Source: a virus
Lineage: Duplodnaviria > Caudoviricetes
IMG/VR virus record: IMGVR_UViG_3300007231_000022
Location: 1-33,658 of that record
DNA: 33,658 nucleotides
Reading direction: 5' to 3' (one strand)
In this document: positions 4,955 to 14,413 of the stretch, piece after piece
Position numbering within the stretch: position 1 is the stretch's first letter
Layout of the letters: each line of letters opens with the position of its first letter
Notes under the pieces: generated by a model
The model's database searches: none
Told to the model about the DNA's origin: nothing
The model's input: the letters and a program-made list of their open reading frames with translations, nothing else
Position numbers and translations under genes: made by a program

Positions 4955-7714
4955 GTGGCAGAAAATGTAGATATCGGCAATGTTGGCGGCGATGGTGTAG
5001 CAAGCGAAGTAACTCTTGCTCGCTTGACTGCGACTATGGAGTTAATGGCTAAGAAAAAAGGCGTTAATCCTGCTGACATTACTAAGAAGATGCAGCAAGT
5101 AATGGATGCATCTTCTAAAGTTATAAAAGAAAATAAAGAAGCTACACAAGATCAAACTAAAGAAGTTGATAAGTCGACAAAGAGTCTAGGAAGGTTTAGT
5201 AAAGGACTATTAGGCATAGTAGGTAGCTTTGGCGGCGCTTTGAAGACTTCTGCATTGAACTTAGCTGGTGCGTTTATGACCAGCGAAGGCAAACTAACAG
5301 ATTTTACAGATCATTTGCCACTTATTGGCGGCGTCCTTAGTCCTCTAGTTGGGCTAATAGATCAAAATGTTGACAGCTTTAGAGCACTTTCAAATGTTGG
5401 CGCACAGTTTGGAGATGGTTTAAACGATATTAGAAGAACTGCAACAGAAGCAGGTATGCCATTAAGTCAATTTACACAATTGGTTGGAGAAAATGCAGAT
5501 CGTATGCGTTACTTTGGTGCAACTACGGCACAAGGCTCTGCAAACTTTGCTAGAATGTCTAAGCAACTCAGAGATGGACCTGGTAGGGCATTTATGAATA
5601 TGGGTTTTACTGCCATGGAACTTAATGAAGGATTACTTGATTACGCAGAATTTACTGGCACACTAATGAATTCTGAACGTCGAATGAACGGTATGTCTAC
5701 TAAAGGTGCAACAGATTACTTAGACGTGGTAAACGATCTTGCAAGAGTAACAGGAAAACGCAGAGATCAAATCAAAGAAGAATTAAATGCAGCCGGTGCT
5801 GATGCAAGAGCAAGATTAGCAATGAGTCAAATGGACGAAAAGCAAGCTCTTCAATTTGCTGCTGGATTACAAACAGCCGGAAATGCATCAGCAGCAATGA
5901 AAGAAGCTATGATTGATATGTCAGACGGTGTTGCTAATAATCCGATGACAGCTCAGCTTAGTGCAATGAGTGAAGAATTTAGAACTCGCGCAGCTGATTT
6001 TAAAAATATGGACGCAGGCGAACAAAATAATTTCCTAGCAGCCGTTAAACGAGATATAGATGCAAGAGCCGAACAGATGGGCGATACTACTGTACAAGGT
6101 TTGATAGGCGTCGGCGGCGTTATGGGCGATGTTTTTCAAGCGGCTGCTGATATGAGAACAATGGTGTTTAAAGATTCCGACGCTCTTGCAGCTGATGCAG
6201 CAGCAGCAGCCAAGCAGTCGCAAATTGACGGTGGCATACTCCAATTTAGTGAAACATTAAATAAAATAAGATCTAACTTTATGGCTGTATTAACTGATGA
6301 AATACACGGACCAGATGGCAACAAAGAATCAATCTTAGGAATGTTCACAGAAGGAATATCCGCAGCAGGCGAATCTTTAATGAAATTTATCGAAACTGAT
6401 GGATTTGCTCTTATAACATCTGCCTTAACAGATTTAGCAACGGTCTTCTCAACATTTATGCAAGATATTAAAGATTTTGGATTTATTTCTGCATTGTTTG
6501 GAGGGGAAAAAGAAGTACCAGGAGGTCCTGGAGGTTCGCAAACTGTTGAAACTAAAGGGTTGTTTGGAAATCTATTCAGTACAATTGGCGACGAAGACGG
6601 TCCAATTATGAAAATGTTCAACAACGTAATGGACGTTGTAGTGGAAAAAGTTATACCTCCACTAACGCAAGTTTTAATCGATGCAGTTTCTGCAATGTGG
6701 GACGGAATCAAAAGCGGCTTTAATATTAGCTGGGATGATATTTTCATTGGAGGTATAGCAGGTCTTGGTTTATTAATTGCTGCTCCGATTATCGGCATAC
6801 CTGGTGCACTTGCTGCGGCTGTTATAGCAGTTATTGGATACGATAAATTAGTAGAAAGTCTTGGAGTAGTATGGGATTCAATCACAGGAGTATGGACTGG
6901 CATTACAACTTGGTGGGACAATTTAGACTTTATGACTCCGATAAGTGATGCATGGGATGCTATAACAGGATTCTTTGATTTCGGCGAAGAAGGATTTAGT
7001 ATATCTGCGCTATTTGGTAAAGCATGGGACACTGTAACTGGATTCTTTAGCTTTGGCGAAGGCGAAGCAGCATATTCAATTTCAGGCATTGCTTCTGGTG
7101 TATGGGAAACTGTAAAAGGCTGGTTTAGCTTTGACAATTTTGAATTTCCAAGTATAACTGGTTTGTTTGATAACGTTTGGGAAAAACTTACAGGATTCTT
7201 TGACTTTGATTTTGAGCTACCTAGTTTTAAATCATTCCTACCAGCATGGATGGGCGGCAGCGACGAGTCTACCGATATAACAGTAGATGCTAGTCCAGCT
7301 GCTGATGGTGCAAACGCACTAATGGATACACAAACTGCGATGGCAAGTTTTGCAAATATAGAAGGTTTAGAAAATAATCTTAATGCAATTAAAAATGGAC
7401 TTGACATAGACGGAGTTACCAGTTATACTGAAGCTATGAAGCAGTTAGTTGCAGTTCTTGAAGAGTTAAATGCCGAACTTAATAAAGATAATTACACAGG
7501 CTACGGCAACGGAACTAATGCAGGAACAGTAGTTGATAAAATGCAAACAATCGGAAGCGGCGGTGGTGGCAGCAGTGAAGAGTTAAATAACACTATGCAA
7601 CAAGTATTAGCAGTTTTATCTTCTATTAGAACTGGCACTGATCTCACAGCCAATAATACTAGAAATATAGTTGGAAGTAATTTAGCACGTAGTAGTGTAA
7701 GTAATATTGGTTAA
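4955..7714 (+). CDS. Tail tape-measure-like protein (919 aa)
   Basis: Long Ala/Met-rich helical protein with a hydrophobic segment (IFIGGIAGLGLLIAAPIIGIPGALAAAVIAVIG) and periodic W..I/V.GFF.F repeats; neighbours the chaperone-like gene. Confidence 0.7.
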   Translation: MAENVDIGNVGGDGVASEVTLARLTATMELMAKKKGVNPADITKKMQQVMDASSKVIKENKEATQDQTKEVDKSTKSLGRFSKGLLGIVGSFGGALKTSALNLAGAFMTSEGKLTDFTDHLPLIGGVLSPLVGLIDQNVDSFRALSNVGAQFGDGLNDIRRTATEAGMPLSQFTQLVGENADRMRYFGATTAQGSANFARMSKQLRDGPGRAFMNMGFTAMELNEGLLDYAEFTGTLMNSERRMNGMSTKGATDYLDVVNDLARVTGKRRDQIKEELNAAGADARARLAMSQMDEKQALQFAAGLQTAGNASAAMKEAMIDMSDGVANNPMTAQLSAMSEEFRTRAADFKNMDAGEQNNFLAAVKRDIDARAEQMGDTTVQGLIGVGGVMGDVFQAAADMRTMVFKDSDALAADAAAAAKQSQIDGGILQFSETLNKIRSNFMAVLTDEIHGPDGNKESILGMFTEGISAAGESLMKFIETDGFALITSALTDLATVFSTFMQDIKDFGFISALFGGEKEVPGGPGGSQTVETKGLFGNLFSTIGDEDGPIMKMFNNVMDVVVEKVIPPLTQVLIDAVSAMWDGIKSGFNISWDDIFIGGIAGLGLLIAAPIIGIPGALAAAVIAVIGYDKLVESLGVVWDSITGVWTGITTWWDNLDFMTPISDAWDAITGFFDFGEEGFSISALFGKAWDTVTGFFSFGEGEAAYSISGIASGVWETVKGWFSFDNFEFPSITGLFDNVWEKLTGFFDFDFELPSFKSFLPAWMGGSDESTDITVDASPAADGANALMDTQTAMASFANIEGLENNLNAIKNGLDIDGVTSYTEAMKQLVAVLEELNAELNKDNYTGYGNGTNAGTVVDKMQTIGSGGGGSSEELNNTMQQVLAVLSSIRTGTDLTANNTRNIVGSNLARSSVSNIG

Positions 7715-7732
7715 AGACAAGAGGAAAAATAC

Positions 7733-9493
7733 ATGAGTTGGAAAAAACATTTTACACCAGTGGCAACAGGTGATAATCAAAGCGGAAGCTACAGTCCATT
7801 TTCAAGCCGTGGCAACGGCAATATGGCTGGTCCTGCTCGTTCCAACTATAGCTCATACTTGCCTGATGTATATGTAGGTTCGCCAAACAGAGTTGAACGC
7901 TACGGTCAATATAACACAATGGATCAAGACAGTGAAGTTAATGCTGCCCTTGATATCCTTGCTGAGTTTTGTACACAGAAAAACGGAGCAAACAACACAC
8001 CTTTCCTTGTAGACTATCGCGGCGAGAAAGCAACCAACAGTGAAATTAATATTATCGGGCAGTATCTACAACAGTGGAATAAACTGCAAAGTTTTGAAAC
8101 AAAGATATTTAGAATACTACGTAACGTATTTAAAATGGGAGATCAATTTTTCCTAAGAGATCCAGAAACTAAAAAATGGTTTCATGTTGATCCTGCAAAC
8201 GTCACTCGTATCATTGTAAATGAATCAGAAGGTAAGACTCCTGAGCAGTATGTTATTAAGAATGTAAACTTTAACTTTAAAGACGGCATTGCAACAACAC
8301 CATATGTAAACAACGGTAATATGAGTCCTGCAGGCGGCGGACAATATCAATCATCTAGTTCTGCAGGCGGTGCAAAAGGCATGTTAGGGCCAACCGGCGG
8401 CATGAGTGGAAGTCGCTTTAGTACTGACGATTCAGAATTTACTGTAGATGCAGAACATGTTGTACATTTAAGTTTATCAGAAGGATTAGACAACAACTAT
8501 CCGTTTGGTAATAGTTTACTTGAAACTATCTTTAAAGTATACAAGCAAAAAGAATTATTAGAAGACGCAATTATTATATATCGTGTACAACGTGCTCCAG
8601 AGCGCAGAGTATTCTACGTTGATGTGGGCAACATGCCATCACACCTTGCTATGCAGTTTGTGGAGCGTGTTAAGACGGAAATACACCAGAGACGAATCCC
8701 ATCGTCGACAGGGGGTGGTGCTAATGTTATAGACAGTTCATACAATCCTTTGTCAATCAACGAAGACTACTTCTTTCCGCAAACTGCTGAAGGACGCGGT
8801 TCTAAAGTTGAAACACTTCCTGGCGGTACTAACCTTGGAGAAATTGATGACCTTAGATATTTTACTAATAAGCTCGTACGTGGTTTACGAATCCCTAGCA
8901 GCTATCTACCAACCGGGGCTGACGACAGTGCTTCTCAATACAATGACGGACGAGTCGGCACAGCCTACATACAAGAACTAAGGTTTAACACTTATTGCGA
9001 AAGACTACAAAACTTAATTGTTGAAGAGTTTGATACAGAGTTTAAACGTTACTTGTTAGAAAAAGGTGTAAACATTGATACTGCAATGTTTGATCTTAAA
9101 TTCCAACCACCACAGAACTTTGCAAGTTACAGACAAGCTGAGATTGATAATGCTCGTGTACCAACATACACGCAAATGAGTGCTATTCCTTATATGTCTA
9201 ATAGATTTGCAATGAAACGATTCTTGGGTATGAGTGACGAAGAGATTGCAGAGAACGAACGTATGTGGCGAGAAGAGAATGAAGACAATCTAGAGCCAAT
9301 GCCAGGCGATGCAAGTGCAGAAATGCGTGACGCAGGTATTAGTAGTGCAGGCATTGGAGCAGACTTGGGTGGTATAGAAGACGACGCTCCGGAAGGACTT
9401 GGCGGCGAAGACGGCGGTGATACTACAGCGCCTGATACGGTTACTGGAGACACACTCGGTGCTCCGGCAGCAGGAACTGAGCAAACGATATAA
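7733..9493 (+). CDS. Portal protein (T4 gp20-like)
   Basis: LLEDAIIIYRVQRAPERRVFYVDVGNMP, EDYFFP...GRGSKVETLPGG.NLGEIDDLRYF and LRIPSSYL are hallmark gp20 motifs; GAGG RBS. Confidence 0.95.
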   Translation: MSWKKHFTPVATGDNQSGSYSPFSSRGNGNMAGPARSNYSSYLPDVYVGSPNRVERYGQYNTMDQDSEVNAALDILAEFCTQKNGANNTPFLVDYRGEKATNSEINIIGQYLQQWNKLQSFETKIFRILRNVFKMGDQFFLRDPETKKWFHVDPANVTRIIVNESEGKTPEQYVIKNVNFNFKDGIATTPYVNNGNMSPAGGGQYQSSSSAGGAKGMLGPTGGMSGSRFSTDDSEFTVDAEHVVHLSLSEGLDNNYPFGNSLLETIFKVYKQKELLEDAIIIYRVQRAPERRVFYVDVGNMPSHLAMQFVERVKTEIHQRRIPSSTGGGANVIDSSYNPLSINEDYFFPQTAEGRGSKVETLPGGTNLGEIDDLRYFTNKLVRGLRIPSSYLPTGADDSASQYNDGRVGTAYIQELRFNTYCERLQNLIVEEFDTEFKRYLLEKGVNIDTAMFDLKFQPPQNFASYRQAEIDNARVPTYTQMSAIPYMSNRFAMKRFLGMSDEEIAENERMWREENEDNLEPMPGDASAEMRDAGISSAGIGADLGGIEDDAPEGLGGEDGGDTTAPDTVTGDTLGAPAAGTEQTI

Positions 9494-9496
9494 ATA
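9489..9496 (+). promoter_or_regulatory. T4-type late promoter TATAAATA overlapping the portal stop codon
   Basis: Exact consensus, 4 nt before ATG 9501. Confidence 0.75.
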
Positions 9497-9500
9497 CAAT

Positions 9501-9749
9501 ATGATACTAAGAGAATTATTTTATCACGACCGTGAAACTGTTGAATTTGTAGACGATAAACGCTACGAAGCAGACTATGACGATTCGCCTATGCAAAAAG
9601 ACGATACTCGTAAAACAAGATTGACTCTTAGTCAAATCAATCGTATCCGCAAAGCATCTGAGCTACATACAGAAGAGAAGCGTGAGGAACAAGAGTTCGT
9701 CAAACAAATGTATGGTATAGCAGCAAACGCAGAGGCAGGCGGAGTATAA
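9501..9749 (+). CDS. Small head-module protein (82 aa), probably leaderless
   Basis: Start moved from 9399, which overlaps the portal gene, to ATG 9501 (MILRELFY...RKTRLTLSQINRIRK...QMYG). Its position matches the T4 gp67/68 slot. Confidence 0.7.
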   Translation: MILRELFYHDRETVEFVDDKRYEADYDDSPMQKDDTRKTRLTLSQINRIRKASELHTEEKREEQEFVKQMYGIAANAEAGGV

Positions 9750-9752
9750 CTA

Positions 9753-10337
9753 TTGACTAAAACAGCTTTTGTGCTAGGTAATGGCACTAGTCGTAAATCA
9801 ATTAACCTAGAACAACTAAAAACTAAAGGAACTGTATATGGCTGCAATGCACTATATAGAGAGTTTGAACCTGATTACTTAGTTGCAGTTGATACAAAAA
9901 TGATTCTTGAAATTAACAAAGCAGGATATCAGCACGGACATAGTGTATGGACTAACGCCAATCGGTCTTACCATCAAATGAATGGATTTAATTTTTTTAA
10001 TCCGTCAAAGGGGTGGAGTAGCGGTCCTACAGCATTATGGCTTGCAAGTACACATAATACAACTGATATCTATATACTAGGATTTGATTATCAAGGTATA
10101 GATGATAAAATAAACAATATATATGCCGGAACGCCTAATTATAAAAAAACTTACGAGCGTGCAACGTTTCACGGTAATTGGCTTAAACAAACTATGATTA
10201 CTTGTCAAAAATATTCACAAAAAAGATATATACGAGTAGTGCAGGAAAATGCATTTATACCAAGAGAGTTCGAAAAACTTAACAATTTAACCCATATTAC
10301 AGTTGAAGAATTTAAAAAATCCTTCGATATTTTGTAA
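9753..10337 (+). CDS. Glycosyltransferase-like protein (Maf/DUF115/sialyltransferase-type Rossmann fold)
   Basis: FVLGNGTSR, YGCNALYR, PDYLVAVD, GWSSGPTAL and IYILGFD motif series. TTG start with GGAG RBS at 9741-9744. Confidence 0.6.
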   Translation: MTKTAFVLGNGTSRKSINLEQLKTKGTVYGCNALYREFEPDYLVAVDTKMILEINKAGYQHGHSVWTNANRSYHQMNGFNFFNPSKGWSSGPTALWLASTHNTTDIYILGFDYQGIDDKINNIYAGTPNYKKTYERATFHGNWLKQTMITCQKYSQKRYIRVVQENAFIPREFEKLNNLTHITVEEFKKSFDIL

Positions 10338-10385
10338 TCTATTCTAAAACGGCTCGTTATGAGCCTATTTCTACATACTTTTCTG

Positions 10386-10400
10386 TATAAATAGTAAATA
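10386..10400 (+). promoter_or_regulatory. Tandem late promoters (TATAAATA 10386-10393, TAAATA 10395-10400) for the core-protease-scaffold-capsid operon
   Basis: Exact consensus plus a second core in the intergenic region upstream of 10477. Confidence 0.75.
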
Positions 10401-10476
10401 CAATATGACAGCCCAACACAGGCGTATGTGCTATGCATGTACATGTGTAAACTAAAACATTTATAGGAGTTAAACA

Positions 10477-11385
10477 ATGTCAGATCAAAATAAATTTGAA
10501 CAAATGCTAGAGCTACTTGTCAACGAAGACAAAGCAGCAGCACAAGAATTATTTCACGAGATCGTAGTTGAGAAATCACGCGATATCTATGAGTCACTAC
10601 TAGAAGACGAAGCAGAAGTTGATGAAGCTGATGACGAAGCAGTAGATGAGTCAGACGAAGACCTAGACGAAGCAGACGACGAAGAAGTAGATGAGTCAGA
10701 CGAAGATCTAGACGAAAACTTTGAGTTAGACACAATGAGTGTTGAAGCAGACGACGACATGGGACCAATGGACCAGACAGGCGACTTAGCTAATGACTTA
10801 GGTATGGACATGGACGACGAAGGTGAAGAAGACGAAGGTGAAGAAGGCGATGTTGAAGATCGTGTAGAAGACCTAGAAGACGCACTAGACGACCTTAAAG
10901 CAGAATTTGAAAAAATGATGGCTGGTGACGACGATGGCGAAGAAGCTGACGACGATGCAGACGACATGGACATGGATGCAGACGACGAAGAAGAAGCTGA
11001 AGAAGAAGCAATGGCTTTTGAAACAACTGATGAAGAAGTTGAAGAAGCAGCAGACGAAGAAGTTGAAGAAGGCGAAAAGTCAGCAAGCGAAACAATGCGT
11101 GAATACGTAGAAAAAGTAAGTGCAACAATGGGCGACAATGGTGCAAATACTAAAAGTGCAACAGCTACTCCAAACGATATGGGCGGAACTGCTGCAAACT
11201 TAGCACAAGGTGCAGATGAAAAAGGCGGCAACGCTGATTCAGCTAAAGAAGATAACGCAGGCAACGTAAATGTTCCAGGCGCAAAAGCTGCAAAATCAAA
11301 TACACCAAATGCTAAAGGCCATGGCGCAGAGAAAAAAGGCGCTGGCGAAACTGCTGACAACAAAAAATCTGTTGTGGGCAAATAA
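10477..11385 (+). CDS. Highly acidic prohead core/scaffold-like protein (302 aa)
   Basis: D/E-rich with many V/L-x-E sites and a coiled coil VEDRVEDLEDALDDLKAEFE; lies between portal and protease; AGGAG RBS. Confidence 0.7.
   Translation: MSDQNKFEQMLELLVNEDKAAAQELFHEIVVEKSRDIYESLLEDEAEVDEADDEAVDESDEDLDEADDEEVDESDEDLDENFELDTMSVEADDDMGPMDQTGDLANDLGMDMDDEGEEDEGEEGDVEDRVEDLEDALDDLKAEFEKMMAGDDDGEEADDDADDMDMDADDEEEAEEEAMAFETTDEEVEEAADEEVEEGEKSASETMREYVEKVSATMGDNGANTKSATATPNDMGGTAANLAQGADEKGGNADSAKEDNAGNVNVPGAKAAKSNTPNAKGHGAEKKGAGETADNKKSVVGK
10621..10710 (+). repeat. Imperfect 45-bp tandem repeat x2 (DEADDE[A/E]VDESDEDL)
   Basis: Units at 10621-10665 and 10666-10710, in frame. Confidence 0.85.
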
Positions 11386-11407
11386 GAAGCGATAGTAGGG
11401 AATTTTG

Positions 11408-12031
11408 ATGAGAAACTTACAAGAGCATTTGACATTCGACCAAGCTAATATAGTGCTTGAGAATGCCAACGAAGGAAAAGACCTTTATTTAAAAGGTATT
11501 ATGATCCAAGGTGGTGTTCGCAACGCTAATCAGCGAGTGTATCCTGTGAATGAAATAGGCAGGGCTGTCAAAACGCTTAATGATCAAATTAGCGGAGGAT
11601 ACAGTGTTCTCGGAGAAGTTGATCATCCAGAAGGACTTAATATCAATATTGATCGTGTAAGCCATATGATTACGGAAACGTGGATGGATGGTGATAACGG
11701 TTACGGCAAGATGAAGATTTTACCAACACCGATGGGGAACCTAGTTAAAACGATGCTTGAAGCAGGCGTTAAACTAGGCGTCTCGTCACGTGGTAGCGGT
11801 AATGTAGCAGAAGACGGCAGTAATACCGTTTCTGACTTTGAAATAATCACTGTGGACGTTGTGGCTCAGCCTAGCGCCCCTGGTGCATACCCCACAGCAA
11901 TTTATGAAAATTTAATGAATACACGTGGCGGAATGAAGGCATGGGAACTAGCACAGGCAACTAAACACGACACAAAGGCACAAAAGTATCTTAAGGAATC
12001 ACTGATTAACATAATCAGTAAACTCCAATGA
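11408..12031 (+). CDS. Prohead protease (T4 gp21-like)
   Basis: NANQRVYP, LGEVDHP, VSH, LGVSSRGSG (catalytic Ser) and DVVAQPSAPGA. Confidence 0.95.
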   Translation: MRNLQEHLTFDQANIVLENANEGKDLYLKGIMIQGGVRNANQRVYPVNEIGRAVKTLNDQISGGYSVLGEVDHPEGLNINIDRVSHMITETWMDGDNGYGKMKILPTPMGNLVKTMLEAGVKLGVSSRGSGNVAEDGSNTVSDFEIITVDVVAQPSAPGAYPTAIYENLMNTRGGMKAWELAQATKHDTKAQKYLKESLINIISKLQ

Positions 12032-12045
12032 AACAGGAGAATGTA

Positions 12046-13149
12046 ATGATAGATGCACTAAAAACTCTATTTGAAAATGACGTTGTTTCAACTGAAATTA
12101 GAGATCAAATTGAAGAGGCTTGGACGCAAAAGATTCAGGAAAACAAAATGCAGGCAACTGCTGAGTTACGTGAAGAGTTTGCACAAAAGTATGAGCACGA
12201 TAAGTCAACTATGGTTGAAGCTATCGACTCAATGCTTTCTGAGCGTCTTGCTGAAGAGATTGCAGAGTTTGTGGATGACCGCAAACAGCTCGCAGAAGCA
12301 AAAGCAAAATATGCTGTTGCCCAACGTGAAAATGCAGATCTACTGAAGGGTTTCGTTGCTGAGAACTTAGCAAGCGAAATTAAAGAATTAAGAGCAGACA
12401 AGAAAGCAATGGCTGAATCATATGCCAAGCTTGAAGAGTTTGTTGTTGAGTCTCTAGCAGGTGAAATTGCAGAATTCAATGAAGACAAGAAAGACTTAGC
12501 TGAAACAAAAGTACGTTTAGTACGTGAAGCTAAAACACACTTCGCTAAAGTTAAAACTAACTTTATCGAAAGAAGTGCTACAGCAGTATCTGAAATGGTT
12601 GGCAAATCACTTAAAAGTGAAATCCATGCATTGAAAGAAGATATTGACGCAGCACGAAGCAACGACTTTGGTCGTAAGATATTTGAAGCATTTGCTAATG
12701 AGTATACAACTTCGCACTTGAATGAAAATTCAGAAGTTAACAAGCTTATGAGCGTACTTGCTGCAAAGGACAAGCAATTAGTAGAAGCTAAAACTTTTGC
12801 TACTAAAGCTAAAACACTTGCAGAATCAGCAAACAAAGAGAAATCTCGTTTAGTTGAGTCAGCAAAGAGAACTAAGATTATGACTTCATTGATTTCGCCA
12901 CTAGGCAAAGATCAAAGAGAGATTATGACAGACTTACTGGAATCAGTACAAACCGATAGACTTCAAAAATCTTTTGACAAGTACTTACCATCAGTTATTG
13001 ACGGCAATACTCCAGCAAAGCGTAAGGCACCCCTTACTGAAGGCAAAGAAATCACAGGCAACCGTACGGAACAACCAAAAATGACAACTAAAGCAGACGA
13101 ACCAAACAACAATGTATTAGACATTCGTCGTCTTGCTGGATTAAATTAA
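12046..13149 (+). CDS. Prohead scaffold/core protein (T4 gp22-like)
   Basis: Coiled-coil protein between protease and capsid genes, with FGRKIFEAF and many L-x-E sites. Start at ATG 12046 after AGGAG (12035-12039). Confidence 0.85.
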   Translation: MIDALKTLFENDVVSTEIRDQIEEAWTQKIQENKMQATAELREEFAQKYEHDKSTMVEAIDSMLSERLAEEIAEFVDDRKQLAEAKAKYAVAQRENADLLKGFVAENLASEIKELRADKKAMAESYAKLEEFVVESLAGEIAEFNEDKKDLAETKVRLVREAKTHFAKVKTNFIERSATAVSEMVGKSLKSEIHALKEDIDAARSNDFGRKIFEAFANEYTTSHLNENSEVNKLMSVLAAKDKQLVEAKTFATKAKTLAESANKEKSRLVESAKRTKIMTSLISPLGKDQREIMTDLLESVQTDRLQKSFDKYLPSVIDGNTPAKRKAPLTEGKEITGNRTEQPKMTTKADEPNNNVLDIRRLAGLN

Positions 13150-13159
13150 GGAGATTATG

Positions 13160-14341
13160 ATGTCAGAACTACTAGAATCACGCTGGGTAGACACCAAAAA
13201 CGCACTTCTTGAAGGCCTGCAAGGCAACAAGAAATCTGTTATGGCTGCTACACTAGAAAACACTCGCAGATATTTGTCAGAGAGTGCAACAGCAGGCGCA
13301 ACTTCAGCAGGTAACGTAGCTACACTTAACCGTGTAATCCTACCAGTTATCCGTCGTGTTATGCCAACAGTTATTGCTAACGAATTAGTTGGTGTACAAC
13401 CAATGACTGGACCAGTTGGTCAAATCCACACACTACGTGTACGTTATTCAGATACTATGAATGACACATCAGCAGGCAACACTGATACTACAGCAGGCGA
13501 AGAGGCTCTAAGCCCATTCAAAATTGCTGAAGCATATTCAGGTGATGCTGCAACTGCTAAAGCTGCAACTACTGCTGCTCTAGAAGGTGCTGCTGGACGT
13601 AAAATGTCAATTCAAATCTTGAAGCAGACAGTAGAAGCTAAGACACGTAAGTTGTCAGCTCGCTGGACGTTTGAAGCTGCACAAGACGCACAGTCTATGC
13701 ACGGTATTGATGTTGAAGCAGAAATCATGGCAGCTCTTGCACAAGAGATTACTGCTGAGATTGACCAAGAAGTAATTGGTTCACTAATAACGTTGAGTGG
13801 CGCTGCTGCACAAAGTTATGACCAAACAGCCGTAAGTGGTACAGCTACTTTCGTAGGTGACGAGCATGCTGCACTAGCAGTACAAATCAACCGCGTAAGT
13901 AACTTGATTGCACAACGTACACGTCGTGGCGCAGGTAACTGGGCAGTGGTATCACCATTTGCACTAACTATCCTACAGTCTGCTACTACAAGTGCATTTG
14001 CACGTACTACAGAAGGTACTTTTGAAGCACCAACAAACACAAAAATGGTTGGTACTTTGAACAACGCAATGAAAGTATATGTTAACACATATGCAGCTGA
14101 CACAGCACCAGTGCTAATCGGCTACAAAGGTTCAAGCGAATCAGATGCAGCGGCATTCTATTGCCCATACATCCCGCTAATGAGCTCAGGCGTTGTGCTT
14201 GACCCAACATCATTCGAACCAACAGTGTCATTTATGACACGTTACGGATATGTTGAGTTAAACAACACTGCTTCATCGCTTGGTAACGCAGCTGATTACT
14301 TAGGTAATGTTTCAATTGAAGCTGGCGTAACTTTTAGCTAA
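13160..14341 (+). CDS. Major capsid protein (T4 gp23-like, 393 aa)
   Basis: GVQPMTGPVGQI, KTRKLSARWTFEAAQD, EITAEID, FYCPYIPL, FMTRYG. AAGGAG RBS favours the second ATG. Likely maturation site YLSE41. Confidence 0.97.
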   Translation: MSELLESRWVDTKNALLEGLQGNKKSVMAATLENTRRYLSESATAGATSAGNVATLNRVILPVIRRVMPTVIANELVGVQPMTGPVGQIHTLRVRYSDTMNDTSAGNTDTTAGEEALSPFKIAEAYSGDAATAKAATTAALEGAAGRKMSIQILKQTVEAKTRKLSARWTFEAAQDAQSMHGIDVEAEIMAALAQEITAEIDQEVIGSLITLSGAAAQSYDQTAVSGTATFVGDEHAALAVQINRVSNLIAQRTRRGAGNWAVVSPFALTILQSATTSAFARTTEGTFEAPTNTKMVGTLNNAMKVYVNTYAADTAPVLIGYKGSSESDAAAFYCPYIPLMSSGVVLDPTSFEPTVSFMTRYGYVELNNTASSLGNAADYLGNVSIEAGVTFS

Positions 14342-14365
14342 ACTTTAGTTAAAATAGTAAACTAT

Positions 14366-14394
14366 AAAAAGGGCTCCTTAGAGGGCCCTTTTTT
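14366..14394 (+). terminator. Rho-independent terminator after the capsid gene (possibly bidirectional)
   Basis: AAAAA-GGGCTC-cttaga-GGGCCC-TTTTTT. Confidence 0.85.
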
Positions 14395-14413
14395 ATGACT
14401 CGAGTAAACTTTG

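Noticed and set aside
6136-7407. 423-aa minus-strand ORF, and similar ones at 10587-11435, 12135-12908 and 18622-19500
   Set aside because: Antisense shadows of well-supported plus-strand genes, with Ser/Pro-rich composition, no RBS or promoter, and no recognisable motifs.
9399-9500. Upstream start of the 116-aa ORF
   Set aside because: It overlaps the portal gene out of frame and lies upstream of the late promoter; ATG 9501 is more plausible.
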